DNA of 64,000 nt, from the NCBI GenBank assembly GCA_032718475.1, contig JAUCBJ010007821.1, positions 81,428-145,427 on the forward strand, given 5' to 3'. The notes below the pieces were generated by a model that did not search any database, was not told where the DNA came from, and worked only from the letters and a program-made list of their open reading frames with translations. Numbering within the stretch: position 1 is the stretch's first letter; every line of letters starts with the position of its first letter. The DNA is from Nemertoderma westbladi (taxonomy: Eukaryota > Animalia > Xenacoelomorpha). Both the position numbers and the translations under genes were made by a program. Shown piece by piece: positions 12,701 to 23,632 of this stretch.

Positions 12701-13905
12701 AAGACACTGAAAGATCTTATTATGTCAATAAAACGCCTAAAGACATAAGTAAATTCAAGTCTCGAAACAATGACAGGAGAGAACAGTTAAGAAAAACTCT
12801 TCCTACGTCTCCTAAGAGAATTCAGTTAAGAAAGCCCGAAGAAAGAACGAGTGTGCACAATGTTACTCAAAATAAGTTAAGTAATATCAAACCGAAATGT
12901 GCGCTATGTGACGGGACCCACCGTTTGAATGTGTGTGATGAATTCCTAAAGAAATCATTAAAGGATAGACGGGAAGTCATGTGGGATAAGCGGTTGTGTT
13001 ATAATTGCCTCAGACAAGGACACCAACGGCGAACCTGTTACTCCGACGCAAGGTGTGCGAAGTGCGGCGCAAAACATCATCTCTTGTTGCACACTGAATT
13101 CGAACGAAACAGCCCGAGTCAGGTAAGTGATTCCGAACTACATGTCCAATTCAGTGATGTGAACGACACTGACCAAAGTTCTGAGATGGAAGGATTCTAT
13201 ACGGATGAATTCTCCGACGAAGATGAATCCTGTTACATGATAAATACCGCAGTGTATCGAGCGCTTACTTATGAAAAAGACACAGACAGCGACCTCACCC
13301 TAACTACTTCTGACCAACAACCATCTTGGAAGGCACCAACTTCCAATGTAGGAATCCGAGAATTTCCTGTAGTACAGTTAAGGGTCCACGGACCTAAAAG
13401 GAGTTATATAGTGAACGCCCTCCTTGACTCCGGTAGCACAGGAACATTCATCGACAAAGAACTAGCCGAAGACATCTTTGCTGGACAACCCAAGTTCCGA
13501 ACTAAGTTAAACATGTCAGGAATTATGCAGGTTTGGAAATCTACAGTAATAGCGGATTATTATGTAGGTGCGTTGTCCACCCCCCAGGATGAACTAGGAG
13601 AACATAGTATAAGGTCAGTAAAAATGGTGGCGATAAAGAACTTCGCTACCAGCCAAGTAGAACCTTATAACTGGGATGAGGACGATTCCACCCAGCAGCT
13701 TAATATACCTAGATTCAACACAGATTACCCTGGAGTGCAAATACTCATCGGCCAAAATGCGCATGAAGCGCTTGAGACATTGGAGAAACGGCCTGCTCAA
13801 CCGCAACCATTACAAGTCTATGCGGGAAGAACTAGAGTAGGTTGGTACTTTACTGGCCCTTCCCCTTCCCCTTCCCCTTACCAAAAGAACAAGTATATCA
13901 ATTAA
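9724..13905 (+). CDS. BEL/Pao Gag-protease polyprotein
   Basis: KFNGD..W..F gag domain; three Cys/His knuckles (CALCDGTH..C, CYNCLRQGH..C, CAKCGAKHH); aspartic protease ALLDSGS; Ala/Glu/Lys-rich helical repeat. Confidence 0.92.
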   Translation: MSDTKQNLSDSLLDTTICDPDRSVERVRPKFNSPPTVRKIIPPVVISDPRLVQHRRSIIGTRAQVKRDQEAVEQQQHSSQELISQRPDSSSSADTVELTPERGAKMADAVYSDPLLILPAAVLTRVLIAVEEHQIDWARSKRSTKDSYAGYTRGELKSIVESQWNFPGPGLPFDLSEAAWEDIHRMGVTKETSDPAVWKRSAAGYVQGFFSSMERLKEQLFRQPQGPQEQGELLYQVRERILRIRLILLAFEEASKRRQDTSLQVAVKTWFQRLSLQVQGTAQWKSQLAERSTHGESTDATFSQVESEAAAEKPHERDAIDIYLSDYQRFIGDEELRRRLSGLSPNSEGAKLVLDAIDADMIAANQAKFDERLRIARVQEEQVKKKRIEDRKTAAAAMAAAEAERKAAEAAAEAKAAAAEAKAAAAESERKIAVAEAERRASEETTQLELENIQENQDCINKQLTASQMQMMSRSTPKRQGFTSSDEGDTTDPEGGGNRSRLSRRRRMSHRQKLPDLPPAVRRQLTNTDLGSTEPTDQIIKIERLPTIVDEPEIIRPVLEATPSVIETPVLPEPISKFPLHSTKLPVPSRTAHETVPVLDSERNINDLSPVVPRPLATTLAAPTSAVEWVDERRRGMDLLLGQMQETVQQFKGTVRESRLELQEVQQSIALERDKLVNTQKGIPPPPVTMCQPVRSEVFHAQGVEPTRIYTASEVETPIVNTIKGNYKPVDNDIPYRLDNNPRNLYTDNSILNNTMAQESFTRQMARTEARQAVKVGEIVKFNGDEMKWLPFNEYYKDNIQNSVLSNGEKLRFLIECLEGSPKLMALKFIGHPDGLRQVWDTLNIRYGNRNNIARYLYAKLVAPRKFIISGIIEFSDEIQEICRQLDWLGKSHEYQSSMVIGAVASTLPKGGVGTRWDKKVLYMMEHQRRDPTMADLMSFLDGEVKLQLLKQSREKTPENKVSEKPVSRRKVTPVCYTDDGESQASQEEDSGKDTERSYYVNKTPKDISKFKSRNNDRREQLRKTLPTSPKRIQLRKPEERTSVHNVTQNKLSNIKPKCALCDGTHRLNVCDEFLKKSLKDRREVMWDKRLCYNCLRQGHQRRTCYSDARCAKCGAKHHLLLHTEFERNSPSQVSDSELHVQFSDVNDTDQSSEMEGFYTDEFSDEDESCYMINTAVYRALTYEKDTDSDLTLTTSDQQPSWKAPTSNVGIREFPVVQLRVHGPKRSYIVNALLDSGSTGTFIDKELAEDIFAGQPKFRTKLNMSGIMQVWKSTVIADYYVGALSTPQDELGEHSIRSVKMVAIKNFATSQVEPYNWDEDDSTQQLNIPRFNTDYPGVQILIGQNAHEALETLEKRPAQPQPLQVYAGRTRVGWYFTGPSPSPSPYQKNKYIN

Positions 13906-14903
13906 GTGAATGGGAAGTGGAGAGCAGTGAAGTTGACGACCCAACTGAGGGAACACCATACTCCTCGGATAATGACGATATCCATCAGCTCTTCGACGAA
14001 GAGAATACAATCGATATCCTTACGGAAAACGAGACTTGGCAAAACCAAGTGAACCTATGTCAAGTCATTCGTCCATCAGGACAAGTCAACTATAACGACG
14101 AACTGAATGACGTAATCGAGAGATATAACGCGAAAACTCGAGATGAACACGCCGTACGATTCTTTACTCAAGAGGCTGTGGAGCCCAATTCCTACGATAA
14201 GGCCCTATCGGTAGAAGAAGAAAGAGCCAAGCAGATCCAGGAGACAACTACACGTTTTCTTAAAGATCAAGGTAGATATGAAATCGGTCTCCCATTCCGA
14301 AAGCGAGAACCGAAATTCATAAACAACCGACCCTTGGCGGAGAAAAGAATTGCTCAACTACATCGACGCCTTACGGCAAATGCTTCAGCTAAAGAAATGT
14401 ATCAGACTCAGTTGAAGAAATTTATTAATAAGGGATATGCGGAGCGAGTACTGGAAGGAACACCCCTAACTGAAAGAACGTACTATTTAACACATCATTA
14501 CGTTCCCAAACCCGGTAAACCTCATGAGGTACGAGTAGTATTCGACGGCTCCGCCCTCTACATGGACCAATCCCTTAATTCCGAGTTGTTACCAGGACCC
14601 AACTTACTCCAATCCTTGTTGGGAATACTCTTAAGATTACGGCAATATTCAATCGCTTTCGCCTCCGATATAGAGGGCATGTTCTTACAAGTCAAGGCGC
14701 TAGATAGGGATCGAGACAGCCTACGATTTCTGTGGTGGCCTGAAGGAGACCTCAACCAGAAACCGGTGGAGTATTGGATGACCATCCAGGCTTTTGGGAT
14801 CATCTCAAGCCCTTCAAGCGCCTGCTCAGTGGTGCGCACCACTGCTGATGACAACCGGGACGCCTTCTCAAAGGAGGTGATTGACAACATCAAACGGGAT
14901 ATA
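13842..14903 (+). pseudogene. BEL/Pao RT N-terminal half, in -1 frame to gag and truncated before YVDD
   Basis: GRYEIGLPF, YYLTHH, RVVFDGSA, SLNSELLPGP, SDIEGMF, FGIISSP; ends at IKRDIY. Confidence 0.88.
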
Positions 14904-17652
14904 TACATATATTGGTATTACATATATTGGTATATATTGGTATTAATGTGAGTGGGACTGCGGCATATTCTCCTTTCAGTAATGGTCGCTGTGAAAGGCA
15001 CAATGCATTATTAAAGGTTACCATGTCCAAGATTGCTGACGATGAACGCAATATTTCACTATCATCATCAGTCATTTTAGATTTTGCGTTATTTGCAAAG
15101 AACTCACTTATGGATTCAGGAGGTTTCTCTCCTTCACAGCGAGTATTTGGCCGCAATCCACAAATACCAAATATCATAGATGCTGAATTACCAGCGCTAA
15201 CTGAGTCGAATGATAAGCAAATACGTGATTTACTGAACTGTTTACATGAAACCAGACAGTCGTATATTGCTGGAGATTCTTCAGAAAGAATTAAAACAGC
15301 ACTTCGTCGAGGAGTTCCATCACCTCCTCCTGTTGTCAAGAATGGTGATAGTGTGTATTATTGGCGTGATGTTGCTGGTATTGAGACTGGATGGAAAGGA
15401 CCAGGAAATGTTTTGGGTAGAGAAGGATCAGTCGTTCTTGTGCAACATGGTTCCCGTGTTATTCGTGTTCATCCAATTCACATTAGATTAAACAAGACGA
15501 AACAGCAGAATAATGCTAAAGAATACGAATCAGATGATGAGGATGATTTGGAATTTCTTAAAGATGTAATCAGTGTACCAAGTGGACAAGTTTCCAATGA
15601 AATTAAAATCCCTATATCCTCCAATATTGGATTATTGCCATTAACAGATGATGTTGATTCGAATAATACAACCATAAATGGCAATGGAAACTTGGATTTA
15701 ATGTATAAAAATACAGTAAAATCATCTTCAATGGTTTCTGAACCAGATGTAGTTGCTGATGAGCCTTTGTACAATAGAGCTACAATTCGCGCACTGAAAC
15801 AACTTGATCAACCTTTAGAACAAACTACATTACCACCAAGGACTAAAAGGCCCCCTGAACGCTATCAGTGCAACAATATTGAAGAAATGATAGTTGCTGA
15901 AAATGCTAACGGAGTTGTTGGTACTCCAAATGTTAAATGTCAAAATGAGGAAGGGTTTTATCACTCTAAACAAAAGGAGCTGCTCTCATGGAAAGAATAT
16001 GATGTTGTTGAAATTGTTTCAATGGAAGAAGTTATAAATAAACCAATTCAAACCAGATGGGTTAATTCTTGGAAATCATTACCAAATGGCCAAGTTGTGG
16101 CAAAATCTCGGCTAGTTGCTAAGGGGTTTCAAGATGGTGAGAAAGAAAATATCATATCTGAATCGCCCACTATTGACAGAGAAATTCTACAGTTGGTTCT
16201 GAGTTTACTTCCAACTATGGGTTATAAACCAACAACAATGGATGTAAAAACAGCCTTCCTTCAAGGTGAACAAATAAAGCGAGATGTATTTCTACACCCA
16301 CCCCCAGAAGTCAGTTTACCAGCTAACACCTGTTGGAAGCTAAAGAAGACAGTATATGGATTAGTCGATGCATCTCGTAATTGGTATAATCATGTCGACC
16401 ATGTAGTAAGAGAGGCAGGTATGTTTCGTAGCAAGGCAGATCCAGCATTGTATTTTATTCACAGAGGTGAAAATCTCTAGGGTCTATTGCTTGTTCACGT
16501 TGATGACTTCTTGTATGCTGGATCAGATTGGTTCAAGATAAATATTATGTCAAAGATTCAAAGCAAATTTACCATTGGAAAAATTACTGAGAATTGTTTT
16601 TCGTTTCTGGGTCTATGTATACAAACTGTTATAGATCAAGGTGATCGTTTTCTAATTGCTGTTTCCCAACAGGACAAATTTACAAAGTTGTGTGATATTC
16701 AATGTTCGGCTAACAGGAATAAATCTGAGTTGCTAACAATAGAAGAAATATCATTGGTAAGATCTCTTCTAGGTAGTCTACAATGGGCTGCGGCATTAAC
16801 TCGCCCAGATCTTTCATTCAGTGTTTCAGCTCTACAATCAGAATTGAAGGATCCTACGGTGGAGATAATTACCAAGGTCAATAAATTGTTGCGAAAAGCC
16901 AAGGCTTTTTCACCAAATTTTATTGACCACCGTCCAATGGATACAATGAAGCCAATTGTCTACACTGATAGCAGCCATGGTAATCTGCAAGATGGAGGTT
17001 CTCAAAGTGGCGCTGTCATAGTATTAGAAGATGAAAAAGGAAAAGTAATCAATGTTGTGAACTGGCGATCTCATCGAATACGTCGTATTGCTAGATCAAC
17101 ATTTGCCGCCGAAACATTGGCATCAGCAGCTGCTATGGATCTTGCACTGTATATGGATTACATTCTCGATGAATTTATGATAAAACGAAATAACTGGTCA
17201 ATACGGTCTGACTGCAAGAGTCTCGTTGATGCTGTGCATAGTTTAACGAATGCTCCATTGGAAAAACGTCTCAAAATCGATCTCGCTTCACTTCGGGAGG
17301 CTATGAAATTATATTGATGGTTTTCGCGTATGTGCCGACAAAGATGCAATTGGCTGATGTACTAACCAAGGAGACATCTGGTTATCAACTATTGAAACTC
17401 TTAGAATGAATTATTGTATTTGACTTTATTCTTATTAATATTTAAAAACTTTAATACACTTGTCTAGTTAAAAATAAAAAATCATATGAATGTCATAACT
17501 CTATGAAAACTCTATTAGCTAGTTATGTCTACCAGCTGATAACCTTAACAGCTGTTATAGTAAGCACTATTTATGTACGTACTTTCTATGTTATCTTGTC
17601 TTTAGTTGATTGTGTAAAAGGTTAATTGATTGTAGTTTATACCGATATTAAA
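14904..17652 (+). mobile_element. 5'-truncated Ty1/Copia (GalEa-like) retrotransposon: integrase C-terminus, RT, RNase H, partial 3' LTR
   Basis: Copia order IN-RT-RH. SPFSNGRCERHN, WKGPG, KSRLVAKGFQ, DVKTAFLQG, VYGLVDASR, VHVDD, TDSS, RSTFAAET, EKRL, QLADVLTK. In-frame stop at 16478-16480 and frameshift near 17310. Candidate LTR starts TGTCA at 17491. Confidence 0.9.
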
Positions 17653-18644
17653 GAGATCCGGAAGATATTCTGGGTAATCCAACTCAGAAAGATGGTGAAG
17701 GCAGTAGTGGGGCAATGCCAGACCTGCCGACAGACGAAGACGGAGAGGGCCATACAGGAGATGGCGCCATTGCCGACCAACAGGGTGAGGCATCACTACC
17801 CACCGTTCACACACTGTGGCGTGGACATGTTTGGGCCGATTAAAATAAAGGTGATGCGGCATACGGAGAAACGCTACGGCATTATCTTCGTCTGCAATAA
17901 TACGAGGGCAGTGGGGATAGAACTAGCTCAGGATGCACGGCGTCGGCATTTATTAATGCACTGGAGATGTTCGTGATCCGCAGGGGAGGAGCAGTGGAGG
18001 TATTATACTCAGACAACGGGACTAACTTCGTGGGCACGGAAAACGAGTTAGCGGAGGCCCTTAACATTCTGGAGGGTGAAGATGTCAAGGCGGCGATGAG
18101 GAAACACCTAATCAGGTGGGAGAGGAGAACTCCATACGCTCCACATATGCTAGTATGTGTAGAACGACTTGTGGGAAGCTCCAAACGACTAATGACAAAG
18201 CTGATGAACAATCATATGGTCACTGAGGACTTACTGAGGACAGTGCTGGCGAAATGCGAGGGAATTATCAACAGCCGCCCGCTGTATCCCGAAAACGATG
18301 ATCCAGAATCACTGGACGTCCTAACACCAGCACACCTGCTGATGGAGAGACCAGCGACGATTGACATGCAAAACGTGGATCCAGACGATATACATTCGCG
18401 TCAAAGCTGGAGGGTCGCTAAGGTGATAAGTGCAGACTATTGGACAAGGTGGATGCAAGAGTACCTTCCAACACTGCACAAGAGAAGTAAATGGAGGAAT
18501 AACCAGAGGGAGCTAAGGAAAGGTGACTTGATAATCGTTACAGATGATACAATTATCAACAATCACTGGAGGTTGGCTAGGGTGGTGGAAACCTCCCCCG
18601 GCGAAGAGTTAGATCCGTGGAAGTGATGATCGGAGGGAAGATGG
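17653..18644 (+). mobile_element. BEL/Pao integrase fragment, frameshifted (probably the continuation of family 1)
   Basis: CQTC, MAPLP..R, PFTHCGVDMFGP, YSDNGTNF, ERLV, INSRPL, LTPAHLL, W..EYL. Purine-rich composition resembles 645-2437. Confidence 0.85.
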
Positions 18645-20312
18645 CCACTGAAAAGGACAGGAAGCGAAAACGCCCACAGATATCCAGGCAATGTAAATGA
18701 GGCAATCAAAAAGCGTTTCTACGTGGACGATGGACTCACAGGCGAATCTACCGTAAAGAAAGCGGTACTATTGGCGTATAATCTAATAGACTGTCTAAGG
18801 AGAGGAGGATTCAATGCAACCAAATTCCTATCGAACTCGCGACAATTTCTCAACAATATACCAGCAGACAAAGTTGCGAAAGGAATTCTAGATCTGGATT
18901 TGGACGAAATGCCGTTGACAAGGGCATTAGGAGTAAAATGGTGGCCTGAAGAAGACGCGTTCACCATTGCAGTTAAACTTCGGATGGTGATAAACCAAGA
19001 ACAGACAATGAAGCGGACAATTCTCTCCATCATTATGTCCATATACGATCCACTAGGACTCGTTGCTCCCATCGCGTTACAAGGAAAGATCATGTTCCAG
19101 AAATGTTGGATAGACAAACTGGATTGTGATAAACAACTACCACCAGCATTACTAACCGACTGGATAAAGTGGATTTCCCAACTAGAAATCCTTACAGAAT
19201 TGCGGATACCCCGTCTGTATTTCCCGATAATTCCAGATACTCCAATATACGAGTTACATCAATTCTGCAATGCCAGCGAAACTGGTTACGGCACCGTTTT
19301 GTACCTTCGTTGTGTGGGTGGGGAGAGTGAGCCTATTCAAACTAGGCTCGTATATTGTAGAACAAGACCATCACCCATATCTACACAAACGGTACCCAGG
19401 ATGGAGTTATCAGCGGCAGTACTCGCAGTCAAAGCGCACGCCGAGGTGATCAGTGTATTGGAACTCAAAATTGAACGAAACTATTTCGATTCGGACTCAG
19501 AGGTGGTGCTATGTCAACTATCAAACGAGTCAAGATGCTTCATAACCTTTGTAGCGAACCGGATAGAGGAAGTGGGAAGGTTCACCGAGATAAGACAATG
19601 AAGATATGTTCCCACAGAAATGAATCCAACAGACTGTGCAAGCCGCGGATTATTCGCGGAAGAGTTTATAACAAGGATCCACAACTTTTGGTTCTACGGA
19701 CCAGAATTCCTCAGACTCCCAGACAAAGAGTGGCCTTCAGAAATTGTCAACGGCACTCATAAAGGAAAGAAACCAGAGGAGGTGGACGATAAAAAACCTG
19801 ACAAAGAGAAGCAAGTCACGGCGGCATATGCGACAACAGCAACAGATGATGAATATCCCATAGATAAAATCCTGGCTGGAAATCCTGGCTTTCACCACCA
19901 TTATGAAACATCTACAAGCTAAACACTTTGCGTCGACTATAATTGATTTGGAAAAGAACATTCAGATGGTTAAGAATAATCCGCTACGGAAGCTATGTCT
20001 GTTTCTTGACCCCCTTGGAGTCATAAGATGCAATACATGTTTCCTATATACGGAACTGGATTACAATGAGAAGTTTCCCATACTGTTACCAAATGAGTCG
20101 CCGATTACAACAGCTGTAGTCAGAGGGGCACATCAGGATATCACCCACCAGGGATTTGACTACACCATGTATAAGGTGCGAAGACGTTTCTAGAATTTCA
20201 AGTTAAGATCTAAAGTGAAACAAGTGATACGCACCTGCGTTAAATGCCAAAGGAAATGGGGTAAAGCGGGCTCACAATTAATGGCCCCGCTACCATGGAA
20301 CAGGAACATGGA
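18645..20312 (+). mobile_element. BEL/Pao family 3 pol fragment (RT end, RNase H, start of integrase), degenerate
   Basis: FYVDD, YDPLG, VPRMEL, NPTDCASRG, HHCC zinc finger with stops. Near-identical to 42421-44086. Confidence 0.88.
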
Positions 20313-22968
20313 ACCTCCCACCGAGACCAGCCCCATCCCCAAAACCAATGTCCCTCCCACCGAGACCAGCCCCATCCCCAAAACCAATGTCCCTCCCACC
20401 GAGACAAGCCCCATCCCCAAAACCACCAATGTCCCTCCCACCGAGACCAGCCCCATCCCCAAAACCAATGACCCTCCCACCGAGACCAGCCCCATCCCCA
20501 AAACCACCAATGTCCCTCCCACTGAGACCAGCCCCATCCCCAAAACCAATGTCCCTCCCACCGAGACCAGCCCCATCCCCAAAACCACCAATGTCCATCC
20601 CATCGAGACCAGCCCCATCCCCAAAACCAATGTCCCACCCACCGAGACCAGCCCCATCCCCAAAACCAATGTCCCACACACCGAGACCAGCCCCATTCCC
20701 AAAACCAATAACCCTCCTACCGAGACAAGCCCCATCCCCAAAACCAATATCCCTCCCACCGAGACCAGCCCCATCCCCAAAACCAATGTCCCTCCCACCG
20801 AGACAAGCCCCATCCCTAAAACCAATGACCATCCCACCGAGACCAGCCCCATCCCCAAAACCACCAATGTCCATCCCACCGAGACCAGCCCCATCCCCAA
20901 AACCAATGTCCCACCCACCGAGACCAGCCCCATCCCCAAAACCAATGTCCCACACACCGAGACCAGCCCCATTCCCACAACCAATGATCCTCCTACCGAG
21001 ACAAGCCCCATCCCCAAAACCAATATCCCTCCCACCGAGACCAGCCCCATCCCCAAAACCAATGTCCCTCCCACCGAGACCAGCCCCATCCCCAAAACCA
21101 ATGTCCCTCCCACCGAGACCATCCCCATTCCCAAAACCAATGACTCTCCCACCGAGACAAGCCCCATTCCCAAAACCAATGACCCTCCCACCGAGACAAG
21201 CCCCATCCCCAAAACCAATGACCATCCCACCGAGACCAGCCCAACCCCAAAACCAATCTCCCTCCCACCGAGACAAGCCCCATCCCCAAAACCAATGTCC
21301 CTCCCACCGAGACCAGCCCCATCCCCAAAACCACCAATGTCCATCCCATCGAGACCAGGCCCATCCCCAAAACCAATGTCCCTCCCACCGAGACCAGCCC
21401 CATCCCCAAAACAACCAATGTCCATCCCACCGAGACCAGCCCCATCCCCAAAACCAATGTCCCACCCACCGAGACCAGCCCCATCCCCAAAACCAATGTC
21501 CCTCCCACCGAGACAAGCCCCATCCCCAAAACCAATGACCATCCCACCGAGACCAGCCCCAACCCCAAAACCAATCTCCCTCCCACCGAGACAAGCCCCA
21601 TCCCCAAAACCAATGTCCCTCCCACCGAGACCAGCCCCATCCCCAAAACCAATATCCCTCCCACCGAGACCAGCCCCATCCCCAAAACCACCAATGTCCA
21701 TCCCATCGAGACCAGGCCCATCCCCAAAACCAATGTCCCTCCCACCGAGACCAGCCCCATCCCCAAAACAACCAATGTCCATCCCACCGAGACCAGCCCC
21801 ATCCCCAAAACCAATGTCCCACCCACCGAGACCAGCCCCATCCCCAAAACCAATGTCCCTCCCACCGAGACAAGCCCCATCCCCAAAACCAATGACCATC
21901 CCACCGAGACCAGCCCCAACCCCAAAACCAATCTCCCTCCCACCGAGACAAGCCCCATCCCCAAAACCAATGTCCCTCCCACCGAGACCAGCCCCATCCC
22001 CAAAACCAATATCCCTCCCACCGAGACCAGCCCCATCCCCAAAACCACCAATGTCCATCCCATCGAGACCAGCCCCATCCCCAAAACCAATGTCCCTCCC
22101 ACCGAGACAAGCCCCATCCCCAAAACCAATGACCATCCCACCGAGACCAGCCCCAACCCCAAAACCAATCTCCCTCCCACCGAGACAAGCCCCATCACCA
22201 AAACCAATGTCCCTCCCACCGAGACCAGCCCCATCCCCAAAACCAATATCCCTCCCACCGAGACCAGCCCCATCCCCAAAACAACCAATGTCCATCCCAC
22301 CGAGACCAGCCCCATCCCCAAAACCAATGTCCCACCCACCGAGACCAGCCCCATCCCCAAAACCAATGTCCCTCCCACCGAGACAAGCCCCATCCCCAAA
22401 ACCAATGACCATCCCACCGAGACCAGCCCCAACCCCAAAACCAATCTCCCTCCCACCGAGACAAGCCCCATCCCCAAAACCAATGTCCCTCCCACCGAGA
22501 CCAGCCCCATCCCCAAAACCACCAATGTCCATCCCAACGAGACCAGGCCCATCCCCAAAACCAAAGTCCCACCCACCGAGACCAGCCCCATCCCCAAAAC
22601 CAATGTCCCTCCCACCGAGACCAGCCCCATCCCCAAAACCAATGTCCCTCCCACCGAGACCAGCCCTATCCCCAAAACCAATGACCCTCCCACCGAGACC
22701 AGCCCCATCCCCAAAACCAATGTCCCACCCACCGAGACCAGCCCCATCCCCAAAACCAATCAAACTCCCACCGAGACAAGCCCCATCACCAAAACCAATG
22801 TCCCTCCCACCGAGACCAGCCCTATCCCCAAAACCAATGACCCTCCCACCGAGACCAGCCCCATCCCCAAAACCAATGACCCTCCCACCGAGACCAGCCC
22901 CATCCCCAAAACCAATGTCCCTCCCACCGAGACAAGCCCCATCATCAAAACCAATGTCCCTCCCACCG
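20313..22968. repeat. 39-bp (some 42-bp) minisatellite, about 67 units, CCCACCGAGACCAGCCCCATCCCCAAAACCAATGTCCCT
   Basis: Direct tandem array with higher-order repeats; the consensus unit is stop-free in all six frames. Confidence 0.96.
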
Positions 22969-23428
22969 TAACTGCACCCTTTCCTTCTCCAGTTTTCTGG
23001 CTTGTTCTCTTGCGAATGCCTCCAGATGCGGAATGAAAACTTCCGACCAGCTGTTTGCCGTCAGCTGATCGCTAATTGCATGTAACTTAAGTCAACACAT
23101 GTTTTACTTAATTCCAATTAAAAATCACAATTTATACCAATTCAAGGGTTGTATGTTATTATGTATATTAATCTTTTGTCGATAAGCCGACATAGCATTC
23201 TTAATGACACTGCAATGCAACATGCCGATTTTACCGACACTGGTAATGCAAGTAAATCTTATTTAAGAACCAATCAGTGGTAACCTTGGTAAAGAACTCA
23301 GTGCTAAGAATTAGGAAATACACATTACGTATTGCCTGTCAGTGAAGAAGCAGTAGGGTTTTTGGAAATTATGCAGCTGGGCTGTGAGAAATATTTCGGG
23401 AGTTTTAGTCTCGAGTTTTAGTATAGGC

Positions 23429-23632
23429 CAAGGTGTACTAAATAACCCGTCGGCCACCTATCCAACGCCGAGGAGTACTTGTAGAACATCTGGGAGACGG
23501 TGCCCCCAGTAGTGACGCCCCCTACCAGGTAGATCTGTCCTCGGTACACGGTTCCAGAGGCCTCCGCTAGAGGGATGGGTAGGTTCCGTATAGGAGTCCA
23601 GACGTCCTCCGACGGGTTATTAGTACACCTTG
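23429..23632. mobile_element. hAT-like non-autonomous TIR element carrying a Kelch-repeat fragment
   Basis: TIRs 23429-23453 and 23609-23632; 8-bp TSD GTATAGGC/TTATAGGC; empty site at 45490-45497. Minus-strand interior reads W...IYLVGG...Y...W. Confidence 0.88.

Larger units (their letters stand above)
2438..14903 (+). mobile_element. BEL/Pao family A element, copy 1 (5' LTR/leader, gag-PR, partial RT), interrupted by a LINE and truncated by Copia
   Basis: Starts TGTAAAGGCTTTTG, matching TGTAAAAGCTTTTG at 52933. Leader homologous to 53480-56395. Followed by BEL gag/pol ORFs. Confidence 0.85.

Noticed and set aside
20190-22763. Long minus-strand Gly-rich (GGRDIGFGDGAGL), Trp-rich and hydrophobic ORFs as structural proteins or a neuropeptide precursor
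   Set aside because: They arise because the 39-bp unit is stop-free in all frames. Common variants are non-synonymous in the Gly-rich frame (R to W/M at the putative cleavage site), there is no signal peptide, and the ORFs run into antisense BEL sequence.
20215-22971. 918-aa ORF as a real integrase-extensin fusion protein
   Set aside because: It starts at a GTG inside a stop-riddled BEL relic and switches repeat frame at a 1-bp indel near 21240.
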